Virus record (IMG/VR): IMGVR_UViG_2811995274_000001
DNA from: an uncultured virus (IMG/VR IMGVR_UViG_2811995274_000001)
Taxonomy: Duplodnaviria; Heunggongvirae; Uroviricota; Caudoviricetes
Strand: one strand, 5' to 3'
Length of the DNA stretch: 43,906 bases
Under the pieces are notes generated by a model, which was given only the letters and a program-made list of their open reading frames with translations, had not been told where the DNA came from and ran no database searches. A program made the translations under genes and the position numbers. Below are positions 18,385-28,900 of this stretch, in pieces (position 1 is the stretch's first letter; every line of letters begins with the position of its first letter).

Positions 18385-20232
18385 ATGACTATACGAAATA
18401 TAGTTCCTAGAAATAATAGCGAAGGACAGTTAGGTACAGAAAATAAAAAATGGAATAAAATTTATACTAATGAAATATTTGCTACAAATTTTACTGGTAA
18501 CTTAACTGGAACGGCTGATAATGCTATTAAAGATAATAAAAATCAACAAATTGATGCTACATATATTAAAAATATTTCTATAAATAATGACACTTTAACA
18601 GTAACAAAAGGAAACAATGACTCTCAAAATATAGTAGTAAATAATGTATCTCATGCGATTAGTTCAGATAATGCAATAAATGCAAATAAATTACAAGAAT
18701 TAACTGCTGGAAATTCTAAGGGCCAAATTCCTATAAACAATGGAATAGAAAATGTGAACTTAAATGCTGCACTTTTAAATGGTAAAGCAAGTAGTTATTT
18801 TGCTACAAGTAACCATACACATACTACAGCTACTCAAAGTAGTAATGGGTATATGAGTAATGCAGATAAAAAGAAATTAGATGGTATTGCTAGTGATGCT
18901 GAAGTAAATCAAAATGCTTTTGCAAACGTAAAAGTAGGCTCAACTACAATTCAAGCGGATTCAAAACAAGATACATTAACGTTAGCAGCAGGGGCAAATA
19001 TTGCTTTAACACCAGATGGTAATAACGATAAGGTTACTATTGGTGTTACAGGCAAAGTAGCTAGTGCTAGTCAAGCAGATAATGCTACTAATGCTACTAA
19101 TGCTACTAATGCAACTCAAGACGGGAACGGAAATACTATAACTACCCATTATTTAAGTAGAAATCAAACAACAAAAAATGATATGAACGCTTGTACAGTT
19201 GAAGGTATTTATCGTTTTAGTGGAACTTTAAGTAATGCTTGGACAGGTACAAGTTGGGGAACATTATTAGTTCTTAACAATCAATATAATGGTGGTAGTG
19301 GGGTAAATGGTGTATATTTAGTACAATTAGCATTTCCTACTGATAATACTATCCGTATGCGACAAAGAGTAAATACTGGAGCATGGACAGGTTGGGTTAC
19401 GTTAGCACGAACTTCTGATAATGTGGCTAGTGCAACTAAAGCAACACAAGATAGTGCAGGGCAAACAATTAATACAACGTATGTAAAAGGTGTAACCGCT
19501 AATAATGCTACTTTGACTATAACAAAAGGAAATGGTTCTACTTCAACAACTACAATAAATAATGTATCAAGAGCAGAATACTCTGACAGAGTTGGAACAA
19601 ATGCAGGATATACAGGTTCAACTAAAGGAAGTTCATTAAAAGGAGGGCTTTCTCAATCTGCAATATATAACAATAGTTTTCCATTTTCATACGGAAATTT
19701 AATAAGTGTAAAAAATAGTGGAGCTAATCAAATTGCTTTAGAATGGTCTGGTACTACAGGTGCTGTTGGTAGAGTAGCTGTGAGAAGTGCTAGGGACGCA
19801 GGTATTGATACTTGGTCTGCATGGAGATATTTAGCATATACAGAAAGTCCAGCTTTTAGTGGTTCTCCTACAGCACCAACACCTGCAACCTCAGATAATA
19901 GTACAAAAATTGCTACAACAGCTTTTATACAAAATTTATTAAATAGTAAAGGTGTTATTACAACAAGTAATTTAGGGGGAAATGGATATTTTAAATTTAG
20001 TAACGGTCTTCTTATACAATATGGAAAAACTAGTATTTCTCAAAATACAACGAGTATAAATTTCCCAATTGCATTTCCTAGTAGTTGTTTTACTGTAGTT
20101 AGTGGTGGAACTTCTACTATAGTACGTGATGTTCAAACATTATCAACTACAAAGTTTACTATAGAATTAAATAGTGATTTTTTTACAATGAAGGGTACGT
20201 TACCATTTTTTTGGATAGCTATAGGAAAATAA
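18385..20232 (+). CDS. Tail fibre protein with knob-like domains and gp53-like C-terminal domain
   Basis: Start moved to ATG 18385 (SD AAAGGAG); SPAFSGSPTAPTPATSDNSTKIATTAFI fibre repeat; WGTLLV...WTGW knob-like unit; C-terminal GYFKFSNGLLIQYG...INFPIAFP...FWIAIGK. Confidence 0.88.
   Translation: MTIRNIVPRNNSEGQLGTENKKWNKIYTNEIFATNFTGNLTGTADNAIKDNKNQQIDATYIKNISINNDTLTVTKGNNDSQNIVVNNVSHAISSDNAINANKLQELTAGNSKGQIPINNGIENVNLNAALLNGKASSYFATSNHTHTTATQSSNGYMSNADKKKLDGIASDAEVNQNAFANVKVGSTTIQADSKQDTLTLAAGANIALTPDGNNDKVTIGVTGKVASASQADNATNATNATNATQDGNGNTITTHYLSRNQTTKNDMNACTVEGIYRFSGTLSNAWTGTSWGTLLVLNNQYNGGSGVNGVYLVQLAFPTDNTIRMRQRVNTGAWTGWVTLARTSDNVASATKATQDSAGQTINTTYVKGVTANNATLTITKGNGSTSTTTINNVSRAEYSDRVGTNAGYTGSTKGSSLKGGLSQSAIYNNSFPFSYGNLISVKNSGANQIALEWSGTTGAVGRVAVRSARDAGIDTWSAWRYLAYTESPAFSGSPTAPTPATSDNSTKIATTAFIQNLLNSKGVITTSNLGGNGYFKFSNGLLIQYGKTSISQNTTSINFPIAFPSSCFTVVSGGTSTIVRDVQTLSTTKFTIELNSDFFTMKGTLPFFWIAIGK
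19081..19116 (+). repeat. In-frame 9-bp tandem repeat encoding (NAT)4
   Basis: AATGCTACT x3 followed by AATGCAACT within the fibre gene. Confidence 0.85.
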
Positions 20233-20244
20233 AAAATAAAAGGT

Positions 20245-20901
20245 ATGTTAAACATGTTACAAAAAGAATATTTAATAAAATTCAATCAAGATGGAAGTCG
20301 TGAGAATACTTACGCAAATTTAGTTCATTATAATGTAAAAATAGATGAAAATAATATCGAAACTATAACTAACATAGTAGATAATTTTGATTATCAGAAA
20401 TGTTTAGATGAAGGTTATGAATGGGTTTCTAATGATGATTATCAAAAATTAATTGGAAATTATGATGGACAAGAGTATATCAAAACAAAAAATGGTTTTA
20501 TACCAAAACCTCCATATGAGCCAACATTAGAAGAATTAAAAAAGAATAAAATAAAGCAAGCTGGTGAACTATTTGCACAAAAAAGAGATGCAATTCGCTG
20601 GATAAAAGTAGATGATGTTAATATATATGGTTTTGATTGTTCAAGTGAAGATATAACAAATTTTACTGCTGCTTATATAGGATTAACTAATAATTTAACT
20701 AAAAATAATACAATATTTTATAAAGTATGGTTAACAAAAGATACTAAAGGTATAGTTTCTTTAAATATTGATCAAATGACAACAGTCTATAATACAGTAA
20801 GAAATAGTCAATTTGAGAATTACACTTGGTATGAAGATATAAAAAATAAAATAAATAATTGTAATACTAAAGAAGAATTACAATCTATAATTATTGAGTA
20901 A
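20245..20901 (+). CDS. Tail fibre assembly chaperone (DUF4376-like)
   Basis: Directly follows the fibre; PYEPTLEELKKNKIKQ...FDCSSEDITNF...KINNCNTKEELQSI pattern. Start may be ATG 20254. Confidence 0.7.
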   Translation: MLNMLQKEYLIKFNQDGSRENTYANLVHYNVKIDENNIETITNIVDNFDYQKCLDEGYEWVSNDDYQKLIGNYDGQEYIKTKNGFIPKPPYEPTLEELKKNKIKQAGELFAQKRDAIRWIKVDDVNIYGFDCSSEDITNFTAAYIGLTNNLTKNNTIFYKVWLTKDTKGIVSLNIDQMTTVYNTVRNSQFENYTWYEDIKNKINNCNTKEELQSIIIE

Positions 20902-20919
20902 AAAAGGAGTGAAATATTT

Positions 20920-21222
20920 ATGTCTACACGCAATATAGTCCCTAGAAGCGACAATGAAGGACAATTAGGAACAGAACAAAAGAAATGGGCAAAAATATAT
21001 ACTAATGAAATATCTGCTACAAACTTTATAGGTAATTTAACAGGAACTGCAAATAAAGCGTTAGAAGATAATAATGGAAATGAAATAACTTCAACTTATG
21101 CTACTAAAAACGAATTAAATTTAAAATTAGATGCTAATATTGTTGGTAATGAAGCAAATAAAATACCAAAATTTAATTCTGAAGGACATCTTATTCTACC
21201 AACAGGAATAGAAATATATTAA
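20920..21222 (+). CDS. Short tail-fibre-like protein, paralogue of the 18385 N-terminus
   Basis: MSTRNIVPRSDNEGQLGTEQKKWAKIYTNEISATNFIGNLTGTA versus MTIRNIVPRNNSEGQLGTENKKWNKIYTNEIFATNFTGNLTGTA; ends ANKIPKFNSEGHLILPTGIEIY. Confidence 0.75.
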   Translation: MSTRNIVPRSDNEGQLGTEQKKWAKIYTNEISATNFIGNLTGTANKALEDNNGNEITSTYATKNELNLKLDANIVGNEANKIPKFNSEGHLILPTGIEIY

Positions 21223-21240
21223 TAAGGAGAATATAAGCAA

Positions 21241-21915
21241 ATGAATAATGAATATACATATATTACATTAACACGACCAAAAGAAGAACCGTGCTATACT
21301 TTTGCTGAAATAAAATATGGAAAAATAGTATCCATTAATAAACATTGGGTTCCTTTAGATGAATATATTAAATTTTTTGATTCTAACGCATTATTTTTAG
21401 ACATAACAGGAGTTTTGATTAATGGAGAACCGCCAACTATTGGAGATTCTATAACCACAACTGATGAAGGATATAAAATAATACATATAAAAAATTCATA
21501 TTCTATGGCAGAATCAAAAAATTATGTTATAGAAAAATTAAAATTGATTAGAAATCAAAAAGAACTAGAAGATATTGAAGTAGATGGTATTTTATTTGAT
21601 GCTGATAAAGATTCTATATTAAGAATCAATGCAGCAAGAAAATGTTTAGAAGATAATTCTGGTACTATTCCTTCTATAGAGTGGACAACTGCTGATAATA
21701 AAAGAATAACAGCAACAATAGATACATTTAAAAAATTAAATTCTGCTATCACAGAAAGATCTAATTCTCTTCATATCAGGTATAATGAATTAAAAAAATA
21801 TATAAACGATATACAAGACACTAAATATTTGCCAATTATAATTAAAATAGATTGGGATTGGGATATTTCTTGTAATTTAGATGAAAAATTACAAGAAATT
21901 CAAACATCTGATTAA
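21241..21915 (+). CDS. Tail fibre assembly chaperone (DUF4376-like)
   Basis: LKLIRNQKELEDIEVDGILFDADKDSILRI...IEWTTADNK motif. Confidence 0.7.
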   Translation: MNNEYTYITLTRPKEEPCYTFAEIKYGKIVSINKHWVPLDEYIKFFDSNALFLDITGVLINGEPPTIGDSITTTDEGYKIIHIKNSYSMAESKNYVIEKLKLIRNQKELEDIEVDGILFDADKDSILRINAARKCLEDNSGTIPSIEWTTADNKRITATIDTFKKLNSAITERSNSLHIRYNELKKYINDIQDTKYLPIIIKIDWDWDISCNLDEKLQEIQTSD

Positions 21916-21930
21916 AAGGAGAGTATACAT

Positions 21931-23040
21931 ATGGCTGAACTTATTAATAAGTTAAATATAAAATACAGCAATATAATAGATGAATGCGTATGTTATACAA
22001 CTTCAGATGAAGCAACTCCTAAAACCATTTCAGAAGGTTCATATTGGGAAATTAAAAACAATAATACAATATGTTATCTAGGATTATGGCCAGTTAATGA
22101 AAATCAAGATAGCGGATTTCATTCTAAATTAAAAATAAAAAAAAATGGAATAGAATATTATGTAGAAAAAAAAGTATTAAATGAATTTACAGTAACAATT
22201 GAACAATCTGAACATCAAACAATCAAAGTTATATGTAATGGATATACGTATACAGAAACTTTTAAAGCATTAGCTGGAAGTCAATTTACTGTTGTCGTAG
22301 AACCAGAAGTTGGATATACAGCAGGTAAGCCTAATTATTTAAGTGGATACGTTACTAATGATATAACTATATTTGCTAGTTACGCATCATTAGAAGCTTA
22401 TTATATTACCTTGATTCCAGGCAATAATCAAACATTAAAAGTAACTCTTAATGGAGATGACAAATTATCTTTTACTTCTTCTTTCGTAGCAGCATATGGA
22501 GATACATATGCTGTAGAAATAATTCCAGATGAAGGATATGAAGCTGGAGAAATCGTAGGAGACATTCCATTATCTGGAAAATTTAATGGAACTACAAGAT
22601 TAAAAGCTACAGAAGTTAATGCTAAATACTTTATTGTAAATATAGATCAATCTTTAAATCAAATTATTAAAGTTATATGTAATGGAGAAGAATATACTTC
22701 TACATTTACAGCACCATATGGATCCACTTATACAGTTACAGTTACTCCAAATACTGGTTATAATGCTGGTACTTTGAATCATACAAGTGGAACAATAACA
22801 GGAAATATAACTATTTCTGCTACAGCTGCTACATTAAAGAAATATACTATCACTGTAACACAACCAGCAAATGGTAAAATTACAGTAAATGGAAGTGTTG
22901 GTACATCATTTACTTATAACGCTGGTACTTCTGTTAAAGTTCAAGCTACTGCTAATAGTGGATATAAAGTAACTGCTTTAAATGTAAATAAAACTACTAA
23001 AATATTGTCAGCTAATATAAAAAAGCAAGAGGTGTCATAA
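21931..23040 (+). CDS. Repeat-domain adhesin-like protein (divergent InlB B-repeat/Flg_new-like units)
   Basis: About four ~72-aa units: V.I.QS..QTIKV.CNG..YT.TF.A..GS...V.V.P..GY.AG. Confidence 0.65.
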   Translation: MAELINKLNIKYSNIIDECVCYTTSDEATPKTISEGSYWEIKNNNTICYLGLWPVNENQDSGFHSKLKIKKNGIEYYVEKKVLNEFTVTIEQSEHQTIKVICNGYTYTETFKALAGSQFTVVVEPEVGYTAGKPNYLSGYVTNDITIFASYASLEAYYITLIPGNNQTLKVTLNGDDKLSFTSSFVAAYGDTYAVEIIPDEGYEAGEIVGDIPLSGKFNGTTRLKATEVNAKYFIVNIDQSLNQIIKVICNGEEYTSTFTAPYGSTYTVTVTPNTGYNAGTLNHTSGTITGNITISATAATLKKYTITVTQPANGKITVNGSVGTSFTYNAGTSVKVQATANSGYKVTALNVNKTTKILSANIKKQEVS

Positions 23041-23041
23041 A

Positions 23042-23668
23042 ATGAATGATAATAAATTAAAATATAATATTAAAATAAATAATAGTAATCAAAATTTTTT
23101 TGATTTACAATTATTTAATTCTGTCGTTAATCCATATACATTTATATTAGATGATAATTATAATATTAACGCTATTATAGAAATGAATATAAATTTAGTA
23201 GATCTGAGTTATTATTATAAAAATAATAATTATGATTTTAATGAAACTTATTTAAGTTCTGGATTATATGCTTCCAATATGGAAGGATTTGCATATGATA
23301 AACTTTTTCCATTAGATAAAAACAAACAAAGCTCCTTATCTCTTTTTATTAATACTATTAATGTAGATCATTGTAATAATATGAAATATTGTTTTTCTTA
23401 TGCATATTTTTATGATAATGGTTCTATATATGATACAGTATTACATATATCTAATTGGAATACTAGTAACGTAATTGATATGAGTTATATGTTTTATAAC
23501 TGTGGACATTTGGGCCATATAGATGGAATAATCGATATGCAATCTTGTACAGAATACACGAATATGTTTAATGGATGCACAAAATTAAAAGAAGTTAAAA
23601 TTAAAAATCCTCCAAAAGATTTTGACGGTGCTGGCTTAAATTCTTCTCAATATACAATAGTATCTTAA
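23042..23668 (+). CDS. BspA/DUF285-type leucine-rich-repeat protein
   Basis: ISNWNTSNVIDMSYMFYNC and IDMQSCTEYTNMFNGCTKLKEVKIKNPP. Confidence 0.7.
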   Translation: MNDNKLKYNIKINNSNQNFFDLQLFNSVVNPYTFILDDNYNINAIIEMNINLVDLSYYYKNNNYDFNETYLSSGLYASNMEGFAYDKLFPLDKNKQSSLSLFINTINVDHCNNMKYCFSYAYFYDNGSIYDTVLHISNWNTSNVIDMSYMFYNCGHLGHIDGIIDMQSCTEYTNMFNGCTKLKEVKIKNPPKDFDGAGLNSSQYTIVS

Positions 23669-23688
23669 AAAGAGGTGATTATTTTAAA

Positions 23689-25248
23689 ATGTTACAAACA
23701 ATAAATAATCCATATAGCATAGAAAAATTAAATAAAAATTTAGCTTTTTATGTTACGTATAAAAAGAAAAGTTATAATTATGATGGAATTTATGGACCTA
23801 TTCCAAATTCAGAAAATAATTTAGTAGATTTATCAGATTACTGTCAAAACTATGTAACAAAATATGGTAGCGTACAAGAGATTCCAGAAGCAAATACTGT
23901 TTATTTAAAAAGTAATTTAAAAGCTTCTAATATAAAAAGTATGTTTTCTTTATGTGAAAAACTAGAAACTATACCAGATTTTAATATAGACGTAACTAAT
24001 TGTACGGATTATTCTGATTTATTTTATTCATGTTCTAAATTGAAACAATATCCATCAAAAATTTTAAATAATTATAACGTAGAAAATGCTGATGGTATGT
24101 TTGCATCTAATTTATCCATGACAACTATTCCTTTAGATTTAACTAAATTAACAAAATGTACCAGAATGAAAGATACTTTTGAAAGCTGTAAATTTACTAT
24201 AGCTCCAGAACTTCCACCAAATGTTAATAATATTAAAGGAACTTTTAATAACTGTGATAACTTAATTAAAGCACCTAAAATACCTGATTCTGTTGAAAAT
24301 ATGTATGAAACGTTTTTTGATTGTAATTCATTAGAAATAGCGCCAGATATACCAATTAATGTAACTAATATTAATAGTTGTTTTAGGAACTGTATAAATC
24401 TTAAAGGAAATATATACATATATTCTAAAAACATAACTAATGCAACAGAATTTGTTACAAATGAAGAATATCCTAAAAATATTTATTGCTATGCAAATTC
24501 AAATACATATAATTCTTTAACTTCATCTATAAAATCTTATTGGAATGCTACTATAAAAACATTTAATACTATAAATTCCATATCTGAAATAACTGAACAA
24601 ATATCAGATATAGAAAGTCAAGAATATATTCCAGATAACCTTACTTTATCTAAAGGTGGTATAGATACTATCAATATAGAAGATTGGGCACATGCATTTG
24701 AAGGTTTTAAATCTTTAATTAGCTTACCTGATAAATGGTACAATATGAAAAATGCTATAAATTGTGAATCGTTATTAGAAGAAGCTAATTCATTATTAGA
24801 TGCTAGTGTTATTGAATTTGGAGATAAAGTAAATAATTTAAATAGAGCTTTTTATGCAAACAGAAGTTTAACTAAAATACCTGTTTTACCAAAAAGTGTA
24901 GAAACATTAAACTATACTTTTTCTAATTGTGATTCATTAGCAGAACTGCCTATATTGCCTGAATCTGTAAAGGAATTAAATTATACTTTTGAAGGTATGA
25001 TGAGTTTACAAGAAATAGATTATATTATTCCTAAAAATGTAGAAACAATGATAGGCACATTTGCAAACGCTAATTGGGTAATAGGTAATATACATATTGA
25101 ATCAGAAAAAATTACTGATTGTACAGATTGCTTTAAAAATCATGAAGATAATATAAATATTTATGTAAAAGAAAATTCTATTACATATGATACATTTAAA
25201 AAAGAAATAGATAGTAATAATTGGAATGTTACACTTTATACATATTAA
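23689..25248 (+). CDS. BspA-like leucine-rich-repeat protein with two LRR blocks
   Basis: Repeats of AP.IP.SV.N...TF..C..L (~22 aa); two blocks each capped by GNI.I.S..IT....F...NIY...NS.TY.....W N.T. Confidence 0.8.
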   Translation: MLQTINNPYSIEKLNKNLAFYVTYKKKSYNYDGIYGPIPNSENNLVDLSDYCQNYVTKYGSVQEIPEANTVYLKSNLKASNIKSMFSLCEKLETIPDFNIDVTNCTDYSDLFYSCSKLKQYPSKILNNYNVENADGMFASNLSMTTIPLDLTKLTKCTRMKDTFESCKFTIAPELPPNVNNIKGTFNNCDNLIKAPKIPDSVENMYETFFDCNSLEIAPDIPINVTNINSCFRNCINLKGNIYIYSKNITNATEFVTNEEYPKNIYCYANSNTYNSLTSSIKSYWNATIKTFNTINSISEITEQISDIESQEYIPDNLTLSKGGIDTINIEDWAHAFEGFKSLISLPDKWYNMKNAINCESLLEEANSLLDASVIEFGDKVNNLNRAFYANRSLTKIPVLPKSVETLNYTFSNCDSLAELPILPESVKELNYTFEGMMSLQEIDYIIPKNVETMIGTFANANWVIGNIHIESEKITDCTDCFKNHEDNINIYVKENSITYDTFKKEIDSNNWNVTLYTY

Positions 25249-25271
25249 TAAAGCGAGTGATTTATTTATAT

Positions 25272-25973
25272 ATGACAACAATAAAAGGTTCAACTAAAAT
25301 AAATAATTTAATTGTAGATGGTAATTTAGATATAAATGGAGAAACAAATATAAATTCTACATCTGTTAAAATTAAAGATAATACAATTACACTAAATAGT
25401 AAGGAATCGTCTAATAAAGTTAGTAAAGGAACAGCAGGTATAGAGATATATAGAGGTTCTTCTCCGTCTTATAAAATTATTTATGACGAAAATGATCAAC
25501 AATTAAAAGCTGGTTTATCAAATAACTTAAAAGCTATATCAAGTAAAGAATATGTTGATACTACTATAGCTAATACAAAAACTGAACTTATTCAGCAAAT
25601 GAATGAGTCGGATTTTCTTAACTTAGCTCCTAAAATTAACTATGGCGAAGATACTGTTAAGGTAACAACTAGTGGTTTAACAGCTACTATTCCAACTATG
25701 AGTATATTTCTAGGTGGCTATTTTAGCAAAATAACTACTGCTATAAAAGTTACTTTAAAAGCTAATACTACAAATTATATATATTTAGAAAGAGATTCTA
25801 GCGATAGAACTAGAATAAATGTTTCTGTTTCTAGTACATTAACTATAGCTGAAGGTTCTAGACAATTTAATCGTATCTGTATTGCTGCTATAACTACTAA
25901 TAGTACTAGTGCTACTAATACTAAAATATATAGAATTAATACTGGTTATAATGACTATTTGTTTAATACATAG
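25272..25973 (+). CDS. Fibre-module protein (AGIEIxRG module plus IFLGGYFS domain)
   Basis: Start moved to ATG 25272; colinear with the N- and C-terminal parts of 25985..29404. Confidence 0.7.
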   Translation: MTTIKGSTKINNLIVDGNLDINGETNINSTSVKIKDNTITLNSKESSNKVSKGTAGIEIYRGSSPSYKIIYDENDQQLKAGLSNNLKAISSKEYVDTTIANTKTELIQQMNESDFLNLAPKINYGEDTVKVTTSGLTATIPTMSIFLGGYFSKITTAIKVTLKANTTNYIYLERDSSDRTRINVSVSSTLTIAEGSRQFNRICIAAITTNSTSATNTKIYRINTGYNDYLFNT

Positions 25974-25984
25974 GAGGTGTTCTT

Positions 25985-28900
25985 TTGATTAGTAAAATTG
26001 GCGATACTATAGTATCTGGTAATCTCGATATTATTTCTAGTAATACTGAATTAAATTCTGATAACGTAAATATAAAAAATAATACTATTTTATTAAACAG
26101 TAAAGAAACTTCTAATAAAATTAGTAATAATGTTGCGGGATTAGAAATAAATAGAGGAACATCTCTACCATATCAAATTTTATATGATGAAAGAGATAGT
26201 GAATTAAAATCTGGTCTTTCTAATAATCTAAAACCAATATCTAGCGAAGAGTATACAACGACTAATGTAACCAACGCTAAAACAGATTTAAATACACAAA
26301 TATATAAAAATGATTTTATGAACGAATTACCTAAAATTGGTTATTATCAAGAAGATACTATAGAAGTATTAAGTAAGTATAATATGAACTATCAAGTTAA
26401 TTCTACAAGTCATCATATTACATTAGAAAATAACGGACAAGAAGTTTTATATACTACAGCAAACGATGGTTCATTAGATACAAGTGTAGATATGTATAAA
26501 GCTATTAGAAATGGTAATACTAATTTTACTTTTTATAATACTCCAATTCGTCCAAAGTGTTTAGAAAATAAATCTATTACATCAATTTTATATGTAGACA
26601 ATAATCATATGATTTGTTCTGGAAAAGATTTTAGTAATACTTTAATAGATACGAAATATACTTCGCAAGATTCTTTATGGGAAATTATATATGACTCTAT
26701 AACTACTCAAATTACTAAAGATGGTTATACTTTATATAATTGCTATATAACTAAAGATAGAAAATTTTTAATTTCTGGCTTTATTATTAATTCTCCATCA
26801 AATAAACAAACTTCACATTTTGCAATAAAAATTATTAGGTTAAGTGACTTAAGTTTGTTGCAAGAATTTACATTTGATAATATTTTTAATTATTATAGAT
26901 GTAATAATGGAATGACATATTCTAAAACAATAAATGACATTACAGATGCATTAGATCCTAAAGCTGATACAATTCCTATTAATTGGTGGATAAGTCCTGG
27001 TTTTTTATTTGATGAAGAAAATAATATTGTTTCTATAAATATGCAACAAATCAGATATTATGCTTTTTTTAATAATACTTTTTCTTATCAAGATCATTAT
27101 GGAGCTCATTTTCCTTTATGTTGGAAAGTAGATAAAACTTTTTGGTTAGGAGAAAGTAAAAACATAACTTCACTAATAACAAGTAAATTTTATCCATCAG
27201 ATAATATGAATACTAATTATAATAGTTTGTATTCAAAATACTCTTATGATCATATTAATAAATATGCTTATAGAATATCAAAAATAAGAGATGATAAACT
27301 TGTTCAAGTTATTTGTTTTGACTTAAAAAAAATGACTCAAGGCGTAAATCAAGAACATTATGGTGATAACAATAATGCAATTGTTTACAACTCACAATCT
27401 TTACCACTTTCTCCTGACTCTTCTTATTGGGGAAAAAAGATGAATAAGATACCATTTTTTAATAATACAATGTTTATTCAAGGAGAATCAAAGGCGTATG
27501 GCGACAAAGTTATAAAAATTAATAAATTCAAATGGAAAAATAAAGATTTACGAATTATAGAACCTATGCCTGGACAATACAATATAGATTTTGATAATAA
27601 AATAAGTAAAGCAATAAGTGCTGTATTTAATTCTAGTAATAAAGTAACTTATAGACAAAAAGATAATTCTGTAACTTATGGATATGGACAATATTCTAAT
27701 AATAAAATAATCTCTTATTCTATGAATATACAAGAAGACTATTCGTATTCTTGGCAACAAATTGATTCAATAGATTGGTCTTTTAATGCTAATATGATGA
27801 AAGATCCTGATTACACTAATATAAGTATTTTAAGTGTCGTACCAAATCCTATAAAAAATGAATATTTTTTAATTCTAAGATATAACAATACTGAATTAGA
27901 CTTACCTCATACATATAAAATATTTTTTGGTTTATTAGATAAAAATAAAATATTTCATTCATTTGGGACTAGCTTTATAGATAAATTTGATTCTGGATTA
28001 AAATCAACAAACGATACGGCACATAACAATTTACCAAATCAAACATCTATTACTATTTATCATATAATATACGATGCGGTAAATGATTGGTATATATTTG
28101 GACATAATTGGTACAGACAACAATCATATGCTACAAATTATTCTATGATAAAGTTTATAAATAATAATACAGATATAGAAATGCATAGTATTAATCCTAA
28201 AAATTCAATAACATATGATTATACAACAATTATTAATAATAATTTTAAAATAACGTATAGTGGACCAACATTAGGGTATATCGCAGCTACAACCTATAAT
28301 AATAATTCATGGGTATACAACAATAAAGGTGTTGTTACTCAAAAGAAAATTTTAGCTGATGACATACAAGATAATGGTATTGCTTATTCTGATAACGATT
28401 TTTTATTTAATCAAAAAGGATATAAATATTCTTGGTTTTTACAATCTTCTCAAGGATTAATATGTTATATTCCTAACATACCTATATTTTTAGGAGGATA
28501 TTTTTCTGTATTAAATGAAGTTTTAAGCGTAGATCTTAAACCTAATATAAATAATTATATCTATTTAGAACGAGATTTAAATACTAATCAATTAAAAGCA
28601 TATGCTTTAACCACAAAAGACATAGAAGAAGGTTCTAAACAATTTAGTCGTATATTATTAGCTAGAATTTTAACAAATGAAGCTAATCCTATAGAAACAG
28701 AGTATTATAGAATTAATACTGGTTATAATGATTATACATTTTATCATAAAATAACTATTAAACAGACTCCAAATCAAACAATACATGTTTATACAACAGA
28801 AAATGGACAACGAGTAGATCATACTACATCATTTTTCGTTAAAATTAATTCTAATATACAATATAGTATAGAAATAAAACCTGATTTATGGTATGTTGCA

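Noticed and set aside
19081..19116. 9-bp tandem repeat as a phase-variation switch
   Set aside because: The unit length is a multiple of three, so copy changes keep the frame; (NAT)n linkers are common in fibre stalks.
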